A stretch of 64,000 nt of DNA from positions 3,968,001 through 4,032,000 of the forward strand of contig CATNEN010000003.1 of assembly GCA_950097015.1 (NCBI GenBank), in the 5' to 3' direction. The notes under the pieces were generated by a model. That model searched no databases and was not told the DNA's origin. It worked only from the letters and a program-made list of their open reading frames with translations. Shown in pieces: positions 13,272 through 27,000 of the stretch (position 1 is its first letter; each line of letters opens with the position of its first letter). Origin of the DNA: Macrostomum hystrix (taxonomy: Eukaryota; Animalia; Platyhelminthes). A program made the position numbers and the translations under genes.

Positions 13272-13281
13272 CTTTTATATA
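13272..13281 (-). promoter_or_regulatory. TATA box of the orphan secreted-protein gene
   Basis: TATATAAAAG on the minus strand ~100 bp upstream of the ATG at 13170. Confidence 0.6.
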
Positions 13282-16200
13282 GCTCTAGAGCTGTGTCCGA
13301 GTTTTTTAGTGCTTTAAAAAAATAAGGCGGAAGGGAAGAAGGCAGTGTCACAATTGTCAAGATAACAGAACGCGTCGTGACAAAAGCGACTAAAAGTACG
13401 CATACTCGAATTCGTTTTTAGCTAAATCGTAACCATTTGCGTGCTACATGTTGCTGTCTACATTGTAATCAGTATGAGACAACTGCGAAGCCCATACCCT
13501 GCATCAACAGCTGACGGTATTCCCCAATTATAAAAAATCTGCTGACTCTGGTGGTACGAATCGAATTCATGTAAACTCTTCTAAATGTTAGGTACAAATA
13601 ATTTGGTCTCTGCTAAGATTATTCAATTAGGAAAACCGTTTTTGCGTTTTGCGGTTTTGTAACCTTTGGGTCGTAAATTATAAAGCAAGATTCCTCCATT
13701 GTGAAGAGCGTTTAGCGATCGATGAGCGCTAAGCGATCGATGATCGCGTTTAGCTATGAGCTTTTTAAGCGATGAGCGATGAGCTTTATTAGCGATTAGC
13801 GTTCGAAAAATGAAGGCCGCCATGTATACCTGACCATGCCACCAATAACTTGAGCTCTATCAGCGTCATATTGAAGTACATGTAAAAATCGACATTTCAC
13901 GATGTTAACTTCTGGCTTAAGAATCCTATAGGCCTATAAAAAGACATGCGTTTGCTAAAGTATGTTGGAAATATCATCTAAGCAACTCTGACAATTCAGT
14001 AAATAGGGATTAAGATTCCAAGATACAAAATTCGCAGCTTACTTAATAAACTATACTACACATAGTTTAATAAAGTATTTTCGTTTATGTTCGTGGTCCG
14101 GAGAGTCGTAAAAGCCACGGCCATAAAAATACATAATTTAACAAGTTTTACGATTTTTATGCGATTCAAGAGAATCTAACATTTTAACCCCTATTTTGTT
14201 ATCATCAAAGTTACAATTATTATACCAAAGTTATAATAATTAATATGCTAGTAAGAAGCGTATCAAATTAAGTATGTTGCCTTTTACATTTCCCAGGAAG
14301 AGAGTGGGCGATGACTAAATTATCTATGCCTATAGTCTTGTGCGTTTGTTTCATTGTTTCATTTTGTTTCATTCTAACTAAGACCCCTATCATAAGTCAT
14401 GTGATTGACAGACAGCACAGCTTTTTCAGGCCTATCAATATCACTTAAACCAAGATTCTACAAAACAAAAAAACCACAGGAGACAGGACAGGGTAATGAC
14501 ATGACAGCGAAGTAGCAATATCAGGGTATACTAGATCCAAGGCAAGAAATGAACATTTTGTGCAGATTTTTGTATCAGGACAGGGCCAAGCATTATCCAT
14601 CTATCTGGTGAATTTCTAGTGCTTATTATTTTTATCATCTAGCTCTGATTTTTAGGCCTACCATTTTTACCTCAACTTGTAGACAGATGGTTGTTGCTTG
14701 TTGCATAAACTGGAAAGTGATTCTTCAGCCAGACAAAGAAAACTATGCCAAACAAAAAGAAAGTCAAAAGTCCTTTCCTTTATATTGATATGATATCCTT
14801 TTAAGCCTACCTTAAAACGACTTGCTATACTCATTGGCAATATACTAGTTTTCCTTGTTAAATTATTTAGACCCCGAATTGTAAGCAAAAAACCAAAGCA
14901 AGTTTATTTAGGCAGTAAAAAGGTTCATAGTAGGTAGATAGGTAGCTTGGTTGGCTCAGGCAAGTAGCCTGTTTTGCCAGTGTTATTTTATGTTTATTTG
15001 GATGAGTTTGGAAAAGTTTTTGAAAGGTATAAAATATTAAGGCAGTTCTAAATTAGTACAAAAGCAGAAAAAATGAAAGTGATAATGAGCATTTAATCAG
15101 TAGGCCTACTTGTAAATAATTTGATATTTTTGTTAAAAAAGGTAAACTCAAGCAATCAGTGCTTGAGAAATAGTATTACACAGTATAGTAGAGTCTGTTG
15201 CCAATCATCTACTCATCCAGCAGTATGCGTTGCCTTGGATATTCTTCTAATGCACTTCTCAACCATTCATTTTTCAAACACTGTCTTTACTTTGTTGATC
15301 CAAATGAAATGGCCTAACCATGCTTAAATGAAGGCACCAGGGCACAAGTGAACAAAAAATTTCATTCCATAGTCAACAGCAACCTTTTTGACTCCTCAGC
15401 TCAGCTATTTCCTCTGCTAGGCTAACTATCCAGAGAAAAGTTTTGGCAACTTTCTCTATTGGCTGACCTATTGCTAGGCTGTATAACACTGCTTTTAACA
15501 CTGCTTTAACAAAATTGCTTTTGTTTGTTTGCAAATAATTTTGTATCAAAATAATTAAATATTGAAAACTAGCATTGTCTACTCATTTAACTCCTATACT
15601 AGGTCTAGCTCTATGTCATTTAAGTTAGACCTAAAAAGTACAATAAAAAATATTAACTCTATACTAGTGTACATGTATCTAGTCTTACAAAACAACATAA
15701 ATTTTTTTAATTTATGGTGTAAAGATACACCATATCCAACTTCCTTTTAAAATAGAAATAAATACAGTTTCATGTTCCATGTTTTTTATGACTGCTATGT
15801 GCTAAGCCCCATAGACCATTATCTGAATCATGCTAGTGCCTGCCTGGGTGCATGCTAGGAAAAAATTAGAGGCTAGAGTTCATTCTAATAATATTTATTT
15901 TGTATGCTGTTAAATCCTAGACTTTTGCAACTTTTGGAATCCTAGAATTGAATCCCAGAATTTGGTTGATCCCAGGATCAGAAAAATCTAATTTTGAAGC
16001 TCCAGTATTGGAATTTAAATGGAAATTGCATACTTTAAGTTGTTTTTTTTTATTAAAGTAGTTCTTCTTAGAAGCACAAAAATCTGATACAGTTTTGATA
16101 TTTTATGTATTATAAACACCAGTCTAGAAGTCATATTTTTGGGTTTTGAAGTAAATTGCCAACTGGCTGGTTGGCAAATATTTTATTGAAATTTGAATGT

Positions 16201-18046
16201 CATTTATTGCAGAAATTTTGTAGGAGTCAAGGACATAGCAATTGCAAAACATTTATTTTTTCAAGCTTCCTTTAGGTTGTCTAGACTCTGGAGTCTGGGC
16301 TCTGAGTTCTGACAGAATTTCACAGTATCACAATTATTCATCACTAATTAAGAGACTGAGTACCATTGTTAGAATGGATTTGTGTTTGTCACACATAAAA
16401 GAAAGAAATATAAATATATATTGTTACTATTTAAAGATGCACAAGTCACAACACAATTAAATTGAAACCATAGTCATATTGTCGTAGGGCTGATTAATCC
16501 TACTGCTGTCACCAATGTTGTTTTAGGTTTATTTTACAATAGGTAATATCTTACTGAATATCACCAACGTTGCCTTAGTGCTTATACACTTTATTCAAGT
16601 ACTGTCTTTATGAATGTCTAATTATTTGCTATTATGCACTTCTTAGTTCAAATTGGTAGCATTTATGTATTTTAATCTAGTAGCATTATATGTTTCATAT
16701 GGCTAATATTTATTCTCTACATTCACTTACTATTTATAACCTTACTGTATTATTTCTATAAGTACTAATTATCGGTCTTTATCCATATTTATCAGTCTTT
16801 ATCCATATTTATCAGTCTTTATCAGTCTTCAATTACTCTTTAACCTATCTTTAATTCAATTGTCAGTCCGTCTTGGGCTTTACCAGTGGATCTAGATTTA
16901 CAGCTTTCCTTTACTCTGTTTACTTCTCTTTCGCAATGTCTCTTTCAAATAACTTCCAACACAAACACTTCAAGATTCAAGCTTTCTTTATTCTGAACTC
17001 TGTCTCAAACGAGGATTATTTCTTCTCTCTTTCGTTTGTGTGTATTTTTTACTAAAAATTCTCCTCCTCCTCACCTCTGCGACTTCATTAAAACCTTTTA
17101 TTTTCCATGCGATCAAACAAATTGGTGCATTCAAACAAATTTTATGTAAAGTTAAACAAAATACTAAATTTTTCGCGGGAAATGGTTTTTAGGAATTGTA
17201 CAAATGTGGGCCTATTTTAATATAACTGCAATTTAAGAGGACAACAAGTCACAACTCATGGGGTATCAATTTTTATTACATAATATCTTATATTATCATT
17301 GCCATGGATCGAAATCTGTTATAGTAAAAATTAAACATTTAAGTATTAAAAATTGTTGCAAAACTTGGCAAGACTACAAGTAACAAGACTCACAAGAATA
17401 CACAAGTCAAGACCAAGAGTATTAGTGACACTGAATGCAGTATTGGCAACAAAAATGACACTAGGCCTAATACAGACATTATGTTATTAGTTTACTAATT
17501 GTGAAGGTGTAAAAGTGGTCTATTTTCTTTCATTTTATTGTTTTTTATGTTATCTTGAGATCCTGGGATTGCAATCCCTAATCTTATAAAGCAAAAAAAA
17601 TATAATTTGCTTTACATTTTTCTGTACAATTATCTGTGCAAATTAAACTATTATTACCTTAACTGTTTTTGGAGGCATGAAAATCAATTATGCCTTATTG
17701 CCTTACTAAGAGTAATTAAGTAAGGCTTACGTGTTTACTTAGTTTTTATGTATAAATGTATATACCCTTATTATTCAATATTTTTTTCAATAAGCTAGGT
17801 TTTTATAAAGTCAATTCAGACTGTTTAGTGTGTTATTTCTTATTGACACTTAGATATCTGCTGCATAACAGTTGTTGTTAATGGCTATATGTGTAGTCTA
17901 TTTATATTATAACCATGAAATCTACTGTCTAGACAAGTTTGGTAGCAAATCACATGCAGCAGATTTTTTACTGAAGCAAAATTAGTTATCTAGCTATTTT
18001 GTATTAGTTGATTTTAATATTTAAAACCTATTCTGTTTCCAGAAAT

Positions 18047-21000
18047 ATGACAGAAGAGGTTGATGATTGGAGCAAGCTTGCCACAAAGGACAAGATACAG
18101 CACAAGGTAAGTTAATTAAAAATTATATAATATCTGCTATATATAATTTTTATATAATTATACTAAAAACTTCACCCACAAAAAGGCTATATGCACTGTA
18201 AATAAATCATTTTCTCATCTTTTTTTACAGAAATGGGACGCCAGAAAAGCGGGCTATCAGGAGGCCGAGAAAGAGTTTCGTAGACTTGACGATGACAGTC
18301 CAGAGTTTGCTAACTATCTGGGCCTGTTAAAGAAGATGGTGACAGATTCCAATGCTGTTGCACAAGAGTTTGCCTTGAGCGCTGTACTGGCGTTTGTTGA
18401 AAACGCTAAAGTGGCTGGAAGGTGAGATCTGTGAGTTTTTATGCAGTTAAGATATATATATTTAAGCTACTATAAGTAGTTAGGAAATAAAATCGATTAA
18501 ATGAAAAAAAATAAAAAAAACATACTTTATTACTCGTAAAGTAGTGTATCGATCCACAGTTTCACAATTATAATATTATTTTTATATTTCAGATCAGCTA
18601 GCGAAATCTGTCCGCTGCTAGTTACAAAATGTCTCGGCGTGCCGAAGGCTCGCACTAAAGAACTAGCCCAAGCTATCCTGCTCATGTATGTTGAAATTGA
18701 GAAGCAGGACATTGTGCTGGAGTCACTGCTAGCCGGCCTGCAGGCCAAGCAGCCCAAGGTTGTCCAAGCCAGCATCCAGACTCTGCGCGAAGCTCTGCGC
18801 CTATTTGGCCGGGCTGTGATTCAACCGAAGCCGATTGTGAAAGAATTCGCTAGACTGCTAGAGGACAGAGACAAAGGTACTAGGGATGAGACTAAACTGC
18901 TGCTGACCGAGATGTACAGGCAAGACTGCTTCTTTTCTATTTACTTTTGTTAAAATAGCATGTAGCCTTGTCGTTTGAGCTTCGGACTCACGACTTGAAG
19001 GTCGGGGGTTCGATTCCCGACTCCACTGGAACTATTTGTGTTCTTTAGCAATGCCCTTGAGCGCTGTACTGGCGTTTGTTGACAACGCTAAAGTGGCTGG
19101 AAGGTGAGATTGAGAAGGTGAGAGGGCGGATAGCTCAGTCAATAAGGTGTCGGACTCTGGATTAGATGGTCCTGGGTTCGACTCCCGAACTATTCGGGCA
19201 GCCTTTGGCAAGCTGCTTTGCCCTGATGTGCACACAGTCTACTCAGCTGCAAATGAGTACCGACATTTCGTCGGGTAATAATAATTCCGGCTGGCGTGGA
19301 ATAAAGTAGTTCTGTGCGGCAATTCTGTGGGGCTTGGATGCTGCCGATATGTTTGGAAAAATAAATTCCATTGCTGACACGCGGCTGTCAACCGGTGTCC
19401 GAGAGAGCCGGGGAGTACAATAGGTGTGCAGTCCCCACCTGCTAGTGTGCCTGACACACAACACCTGCACTGGCCCTTGGGTCTAGTGTCAATTATTATA
19501 TATTATTATTATTAGCAATGCCCTTAACTATGCATTGCTTCAATTCACCCAGCTGTTAAATGGCTATCAGCATCAGCTGGGGTAATTTAGGGTGTGGCGT
19601 CTCCCAGTCCATGGACTGAACGCAGTTTTCAGATGCGCCGTGAAAAAGCTGCGGCTGTGCTGTTGGTTGCATATCTGACCCGATTGGGGCAGGTGAAATC
19701 AATATTCTTTTTTTTGTTTAAGAAATTTCGTTAAACAGCGGGAGTAACTATGTGTACGTTTTAAGCAGCGAGTGCCTCGTCATACAATTATAAGTTTTTT
19801 TAGCCGACAGCAAAGCCGCATCTGAAGGCTGGTTCAGTGGTGGTTCAGTCCATGGACTGGAGGGCCGCCAAACTCACCCTTAATTAACCCAACTGAAGCA
19901 ATGCAGAGTTAAGTGTCTTGCGAAAGGACACAAATTTTTCTATTAGAGTCGGGAATCGAACTCCCGACCTTTAAGTCTCGAGTCTTGATTCGAATTGAAA
20001 TCCCATCTACTGTCAAATCACTAACGTCCCCTCGCAGGTGGGTTGGCGCGGCTCTGAACAACCAGATCACCAATTTGAAGCCGGTGCAACAGCAGGAGCT
20101 GCAGGATCTGCTCAAAGACCTGCCAGAAGGCAAGGCGGTACCAGAGAGATACCTGCGTTCTCAGCAGGCTAAAATGCAGCAGCAGCAGGCCGTCGCATCC
20201 GTTGCCAATGACAACGGAGCTGACGCAGCCGATGCCACCGATGGCGCCGCCCGTGGTGCCGCGGCCGCAGTTGATCCGTACGAGTTTGTTGAGCCAACCG
20301 ATATTTTGAGCAAATTGTCCAAAGGCTTCGGCGAACTCATTGTGTCCAAGAAGTGGCAGGAGAGAAAAGAGGCACTGGATGAGGTGGATAAACTGACCCA
20401 GGTGAGTCTGCGGCTTTTAGCTTCGTTCTGCCATTTCCATCTCAGCTAATCCTTATTTCCTTTCATCTGACCCCATCTGATCCTCATTTCCGTTTGCCTT
20501 TCCCGATTTACAATTTACGCTCCTATATGATCCCTGTTCTTATTTTACCTTTCCCGACCTCACCAGATCCCCATTCCCACCCCACCTGATCCCCATTCCC
20601 ACCTCACCAGATCCCCATTCCCACCCCACCTGATCCCCATTCCCACCCCACCTGATCCCCATTCCCACCTCACCTGTTCCCCATTCCCACCTCACCAGTT
20701 CCCCATTCCCACCTCACCTGATCCCCATTACCACCTCACCTGATCCCCATTCCCACCTCACCTGATCCCCATTGCCACCTCACCAGATCCCCATTCCCAC
20801 CCCACCTGATCCCCATTCCCACCTCACCTGATCCCCATTCTCACCTCACCTGTTCCCCATTCCCACCTCACCAGTTCCCCATTCCCACCTCACCTGTTCC
20901 CCATTCCCACCTCACCAGTTCCCCATTCCCACCTCACCTGATCCCCATTACCACCTCACCTGATCCCCATTCCCACCTCACCTGATCCCCATTCCCACCT

Positions 21001-24000
21001 CACCTGTTCCCCATTCCCACCTCACCAGATCCCATTCTCACCCAGTCGTCCCACGAACTGCGCCTCAGGTTCCTGAGGGCGGCCTACTGAAGCTAGCCAA
21101 AGCGGACTACGGTGAACTGTTTAGTCAGTTGCGCACAGTGCTAGCCAAGGACAGCAATCTGGTGCTGGTCGCCCTATCAGCCAAGTGCATGTCCCAGCTG
21201 GCTGCCGGACTGCGCAAAAGCTTCACCCCCTACGCAGCCCAGTGCCTGCGCACAGCTTTGGATAAATTCAAAGAGCGCAAAGCCACCGTGGCCACGCCAC
21301 TGCGAGAACTGGCCGATCTTGCCGCTGCCTGCACCAGCCTCGAGTCCATGTCCGAGGATTACATTGCTGCTACTGGCAATAAGGCGCCCGGAGTCAAGAT
21401 TGAGACCTGCCTACTATTGGCTAGACAATTCGCTTCCGCTCCAGCTGGCGCTCTGACTAAGAAACTGATGAAACCCCTGGTTGTGGCTCTGGTGAAAGCT
21501 GTGGATGATCGTGACCAGGTTTGTACGAACTGTTTTATCTAAATCTATTGTTAGAGAAATCCCAAACCATTGTTTGAGAAATCCCAATCCATTGTTTGAG
21601 AAATCCCTATCCATTGTTTCAGAAATCCCTATCCATTGTTTGAGAAATCCCTATCCATTGTTTGAGAAATCCCTATCCATTGTTTGAGAAATCCCCAATC
21701 CATTGTTTGAGAAATCCCTATCCATTGTTTGAGAAATCCCTATCCATTGTTAGAGAAATCCCTATCCATTGTTTGAGAAATCCCAATCCATTGTTTGAGA
21801 AATCCCTATCCATTGTTTGAGAAATCCCTATCCATTGTTTGAGAAATCCCAATCCATTGTTTGAGAAATCCCTATCCATTGTTTCAGAAATCCCTATCCA
21901 TTGTTTGAGAAATCCCCAATCCATTGTTTGAGAAATCCCAATCCATTGTTTGAGAAATCCCAATCCATTGTTTGAGAAATCCCAATCCATTGTTTGAGAA
22001 ATCCCAATCTATTGTTTGAGAAATCCCAATCCATTGTTTGAGAAATCCCCAATCCATTGTTTGAGAAATCCCAATCCATTGTTTGAGAAATCCCAATCCA
22101 TTGTTTGAGAAATCCCAATCCATTGTTTGAGAAATCCCTATTCATTGTTTGAGAAATCCCTATTCATTGTTTGAGAAATCCCAATCCATTGTTTGAGAAA
22201 TCCCAATCCATTGTTTGAGAAATCCCAATCCATTGTTTGAGAAATCCCTATTCATTGTTTGAGAAATCCCTATTCATTGTTTGAGAAATCCCTATCCATT
22301 GTTTGAGAAATCCCTATTCATTGTTTGAGAAATCCCTATTCATTGTATGAGAAATCCCTATCCATTGTTTGAGAAATCCCTATTCATTGTTTGAGAAATC
22401 CCTATCCATTGTTTGAGAAATCCCTATTCATTGTTTGAGAAATCCCTATTCATTGTTTGAGAAATCCCTATCCATTGTTTGAGAAATCCCTATTCATTGT
22501 TTGAGAAATCCCTATCCATTGTTTGAGAAATCCCTATCCATTGTTTGAGAAATCCCAATCCATTGTTTGAGAAATCCCAATCCATTGTTTGAGAAATCCC
22601 TATCCATTGTTTGAGAAATCCCAATCCATTGTTTGAGAAATCCCAATCCATTGTTTGAGAAATCCCAATCCATTGTTTGAGAAATCCCTATTCATTGTTT
22701 GAGAAATCCCTATCCATTGTTTGAGAAATCCCAATCCATTGTTTGAGAAATCCCAATCCATTGTTTGAGAAATCCCAATCCATTGTTTGAGAAATCTCAA
22801 TCCGTTGTTTGAGAAATCCCAATCCATTGTTTGATAAATCCCTATCAATTGTTTGAGAAATCCCATTTCTCATATAGTAATTTCTCATATAGAATAGTAA
22901 AACTATTAATCTACACTAGAAATCCAATAACATTGGGATACTCTGAGTGGATAAACTAAACCCATTTCCAGGAAACTCGCGATGCCGGCTACACGGCCCT
23001 CGGCACCGCCATGAAAGTGATTGGCGAGTCCAATTTCAAACCGTTGCTAGGCGATTTGGATGATTTGAAAATGAAAAAAATAGAAGAATGCTGCGCCAAT
23101 GCTGTGGTTGTGTCGGCTAAGCCTGCTGCTGCTGCTGCTGCTCCAGCAAAGCCCTCAGCTGGCGCACCTAGGCCAACAGCATCCGCTTCATCAAGGCCAG
23201 CAACAGCATCCGCAGGCGGAGTCTCAGCCTCATCAACCGGTCCAGTTAGTCGGCCGAAGACGGCGGGCGCTGCCAGGCCGGGCGGTCCTCCGCCGGCGAA
23301 GAAAAAAGACGGGGGCGGAGCCAAGAAGGCCTCAGCAGCTGGCAGCTCAGGCGACTCGCTGCCAACTGAGCAGACTATATCTGACGAAGCGGCCGTTGAG
23401 ACCTGCTCAAGTCTGTTTGGCAAAGAGACTATTGAACAATTGGAGAGTAAAGCTTGGAAAACTAGATTAGAAGCCATGGAATCGATTAAAGCCAAACTAA
23501 ATGATCAGATTGGCTCTGAAATTCCTTGTCAGGCTACGGTTAGAGTGATCTGCACGGCTGTCAAACCCGGACTGAAGGATAACAATTTTCAGGTGAGAAA
23601 AATTGTCAATTAAGAAAACAACGAAAAATCCCTTTGTGCCTACTTAAAGTAGAGTAATAGGAGAGTGCAAAATAATTTTTTTCTTTCTGTATATTATCCT
23701 AAATAAAAAATCATGATACTAATATCTATTGTTAAGCAATGCCGGATCAAAAAAGAAAAATAAACATGCCAAATTTCTGGAATATTTTTGGTTTTACTAG
23801 GAAATGTGCCCAGTAGTTTAATTTAAGTGGAGTACAAGCAAACAAAATAATTTTTTCCCACTTTTAATCTTCCCTAGTTTAAACAAGTAGGTCAAAAGTA
23901 ATATTAAGCGATAAAAGTAGCTAACATTACTGGATAAACTTATTTTAAAACGGCCCTTTTAAGGTCCAAACAAGGTGAATACCACTCTCGCCTTTCTAGA

Positions 24001-27000
24001 CCTAAAAATAAAATGAATACATATTCTAAACCAATTACGCTGTACTTTTATGTTCAAATCCTTTTTAAAGCGATCTAAATTTCCTGGTGTTTCGACAATA
24101 ATAAATGTGCAAAAAGTTTATCAAACGGCCCTTTTAAGGCCAAATTATTGTGTAACACAATGACATGAAACGCAAATCTCGCATTTATCAGGTGCTGAAG
24201 CTGCGTCTAGACGCCGTGTCGTATTTGGCTGCCAATGCGAAATTCACTCGCACCTCAGCCGATGCCTGTCTAGAAGAAATCTACGATAAAATCGGCGACG
24301 CCAAAGTTGGAGACTCCGCCAAGGCCTGCCTAACAGCCATTGCCGAGGCCTGCTCATTGGACTATGTCGGCGTTCAACTAGCCCAGACTGTCTTCAATTT
24401 GAAGAATCCGAAAAATCAGACAGAAGCATTGAATTGGCTAGCAGCTTCAGTGCTGGAGTTCGGGCTGCGGATACCGCCTAAGGAGCTGATCAAATACGTG
24501 CGCCAGGGGTTCGCGGCCACTAATCCGTCTATTAGACAGGCCGCCATTAGCCTAACTGTCACTCTCTACATGTACATTGGCGACAGCTTGCGAGCCTTGC
24601 TAGACGGTGAAAAGCCGGCCCTATTGCAACAGATTGACCAAGAAATTGAACAGATTAAAGATAAGAAGCCGCCAGCTCCCACTAGGGGGTTAAAACACGC
24701 GGCGGCTAAAGCTGGCGGCGGTCAAGATGGCCCCGATGACGCAGGAGCAGGAGCTGGCGACGAGGAGGATAATGCCGCAGTTGAAGATCTTGTGCCGCGT
24801 GTTGATCTAGCCGATAAGCTAACCGATGCCACTATGGCCAAGCTGAATGATCCTAATTGGAAGGTTAGTTCCGTTTTTTAGTTTTTTTCGATACATATCG
24901 GATTAAAATAATTATTAGTTTGGGGCCGTAGACCTTTTAGTACTTCGCGACTAACGTTTTTCTATACATATCGATTAGTAGTATCTAAGTAAAACATGAC
25001 ATTATGCACTGTTTATCGAAGCATTTAGGTCAATAGAGCCGATTAAAAAATGTTTTCAAAACATATCGGGTAAACTATGATTTTTAAAGGATGTTTTTTT
25101 CAATCCAATCGCAGGTTCGCAAAGAGGGCCTAGATGAGGTTAAAGCCCTTCTAACCGAATGCCGCCTGGTGACGGCCAACCTCGGCGACCTGCCAGAAAA
25201 ACTGCGTCAACGCTTGGCCGATTCCAACAAGGTGCTGTGCGGCCTAGCCATGGAGATTAGCGAGGCCTTGGCCCCGGCTCTGGGCAAGCGGCACGCCAAG
25301 AATCAATCGGTGCACAGGCCAATTGTGGCCGGCATTGTGCTCAACGGCATGAGCGATGCCAAACCGCGCCAACGCCAGATTGCCTGCCAGGCTTTGAACG
25401 CCTGGGCCGATCAGGTTGGCCTGCCACTGCTAGCCGAGGGCGATTTGTTTGTCGAGGCATTGCGCAAAGAGAATCCGTTTCTGAGGGCTGAACTGCTAGG
25501 CTGGCTGGCCGAGAAACTCACGGTGTGTTAAACATTGTCTGAAAGTCATTGTCTGCCTACCCGCTTGTCTACTCTTCTGCCTACCCGATTGTATACTTTT
25601 CTGCCTACCCGATTGTCTACCTTTCTGCCTACCTACACGCTTGTCTACCTTTCTGCCTACCCGATTGTCAACTTTTCTGCCTACCCGATTGTCTACCTTT
25701 CTGCCTACCTACACGCTTGTCTACCTTTCTGCCTACCCGATTGTCAACTTTTCTGCCTACCCGCTTGTCTACCTTTCTGCCTACCCGCTTGTCTACCTTT
25801 CTGCCTACCCACTATATCCCACTCTCCAACACCACCGCAGGCCCACAAGAAGCCAATGCCAGCTGATTTCAAAGAGTGCCTGCCAATCATTTTGTCCTGC
25901 CTGACGGATCGCAGCGCCGATGTACGCAAGAAGGCCACGGATACAATCGCGCCAATCATCATCTGCCTAGGCTGGGACTCCGTCATGCGCGCCTGGAAGA
26001 AAGTTCCGCCAGCCAATCAGGGCGACATTCGAACCATCATTGACAAGGAGCGCGACAAAGCTGCCGCCGAGACTGCGCCAGCTGCAGCGCCGGCTCCGCC
26101 ACCTCCTCCAGCGCCGTCAACTGATTCGGCTGCCACTTCAAAGTCTGGTGTCCGGAATACCGGTTCGTCGACTGCTGGCAAAAAGCCGACAACCTCCGTT
26201 CGGGCTAGCGATGATGGCGGCGGTGGCAGCGGCGGCGGCGGCGGCGGCGGCGGTGGTGGTGGAGCGGCCTCCTCTAGTGTGAGCAAAAGAAAGTCTGGCT
26301 CTACTGCCACCCTCTCGTCTGCCGCTTCAGATAAGAAAGCTGCCGCTGCTGCTGCTGAAGATGTGCCTGCTGTGGCTCCCATTCAGGTTGGAATACTATC
26401 GACTTTATCTACCTATTTGTCTACTTATCTGTCTGCCTAAGTACCTGATCTATCTCACCTGCCTACCAATCTACCCAACCTACCTGCCTACCAATCTACC
26501 CAACCTACAAATCTACCCAACCTACCAATCTACCAAACCTATTAATCTACACAATCTACCCAAACTACAAATCTATCCAGCCTACCAATCTATCCAGCCT
26601 ACAAATCTACCTAACCTACCAATCTACCTAACCTACCAATCTACCCAACCTACCAATCTACACAGCCTACCAATCTACCTAACCTACCAATCTACCCAAC
26701 CTACCAATCTACCCAACCTACCAATCTATCCAACCTACCAATCTACCCAGCCTACCAATCTACCCAACCTACCAATCTACCCAGCCTACCAATCTACCCA
26801 AACCTACCAATCTACCCAGCCTACCAATCTACCCAGCCTACCAATCTACCCAGCCTACCAATCTACCCAGCCTACCAATCTACCCAACCTACCAATCTAC
26901 CCAACCACCTGTCCGCCAGGTGAACAAGCTTCGCGAGCAACGCCTATCAGACGAGAAGAAGCGCAAAGTTCTCCGCTGGGAGTTCTCAGGCGGGCCGCCA

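Noticed and set aside
13700-13825. GAGCGATGAGC-rich segment as a defined MITE (also hAT-like end fragments at ~17560, ~47460 and ~55300)
   Set aside because: Only one end is visible in each case; no TIR pair or TSD could be established.
18957-19200. tRNA genes suggested by A/B-box motifs (also at 47268 and 50205)
   Set aside because: No complete cloverleaf; each continues into a SINE body or tail.
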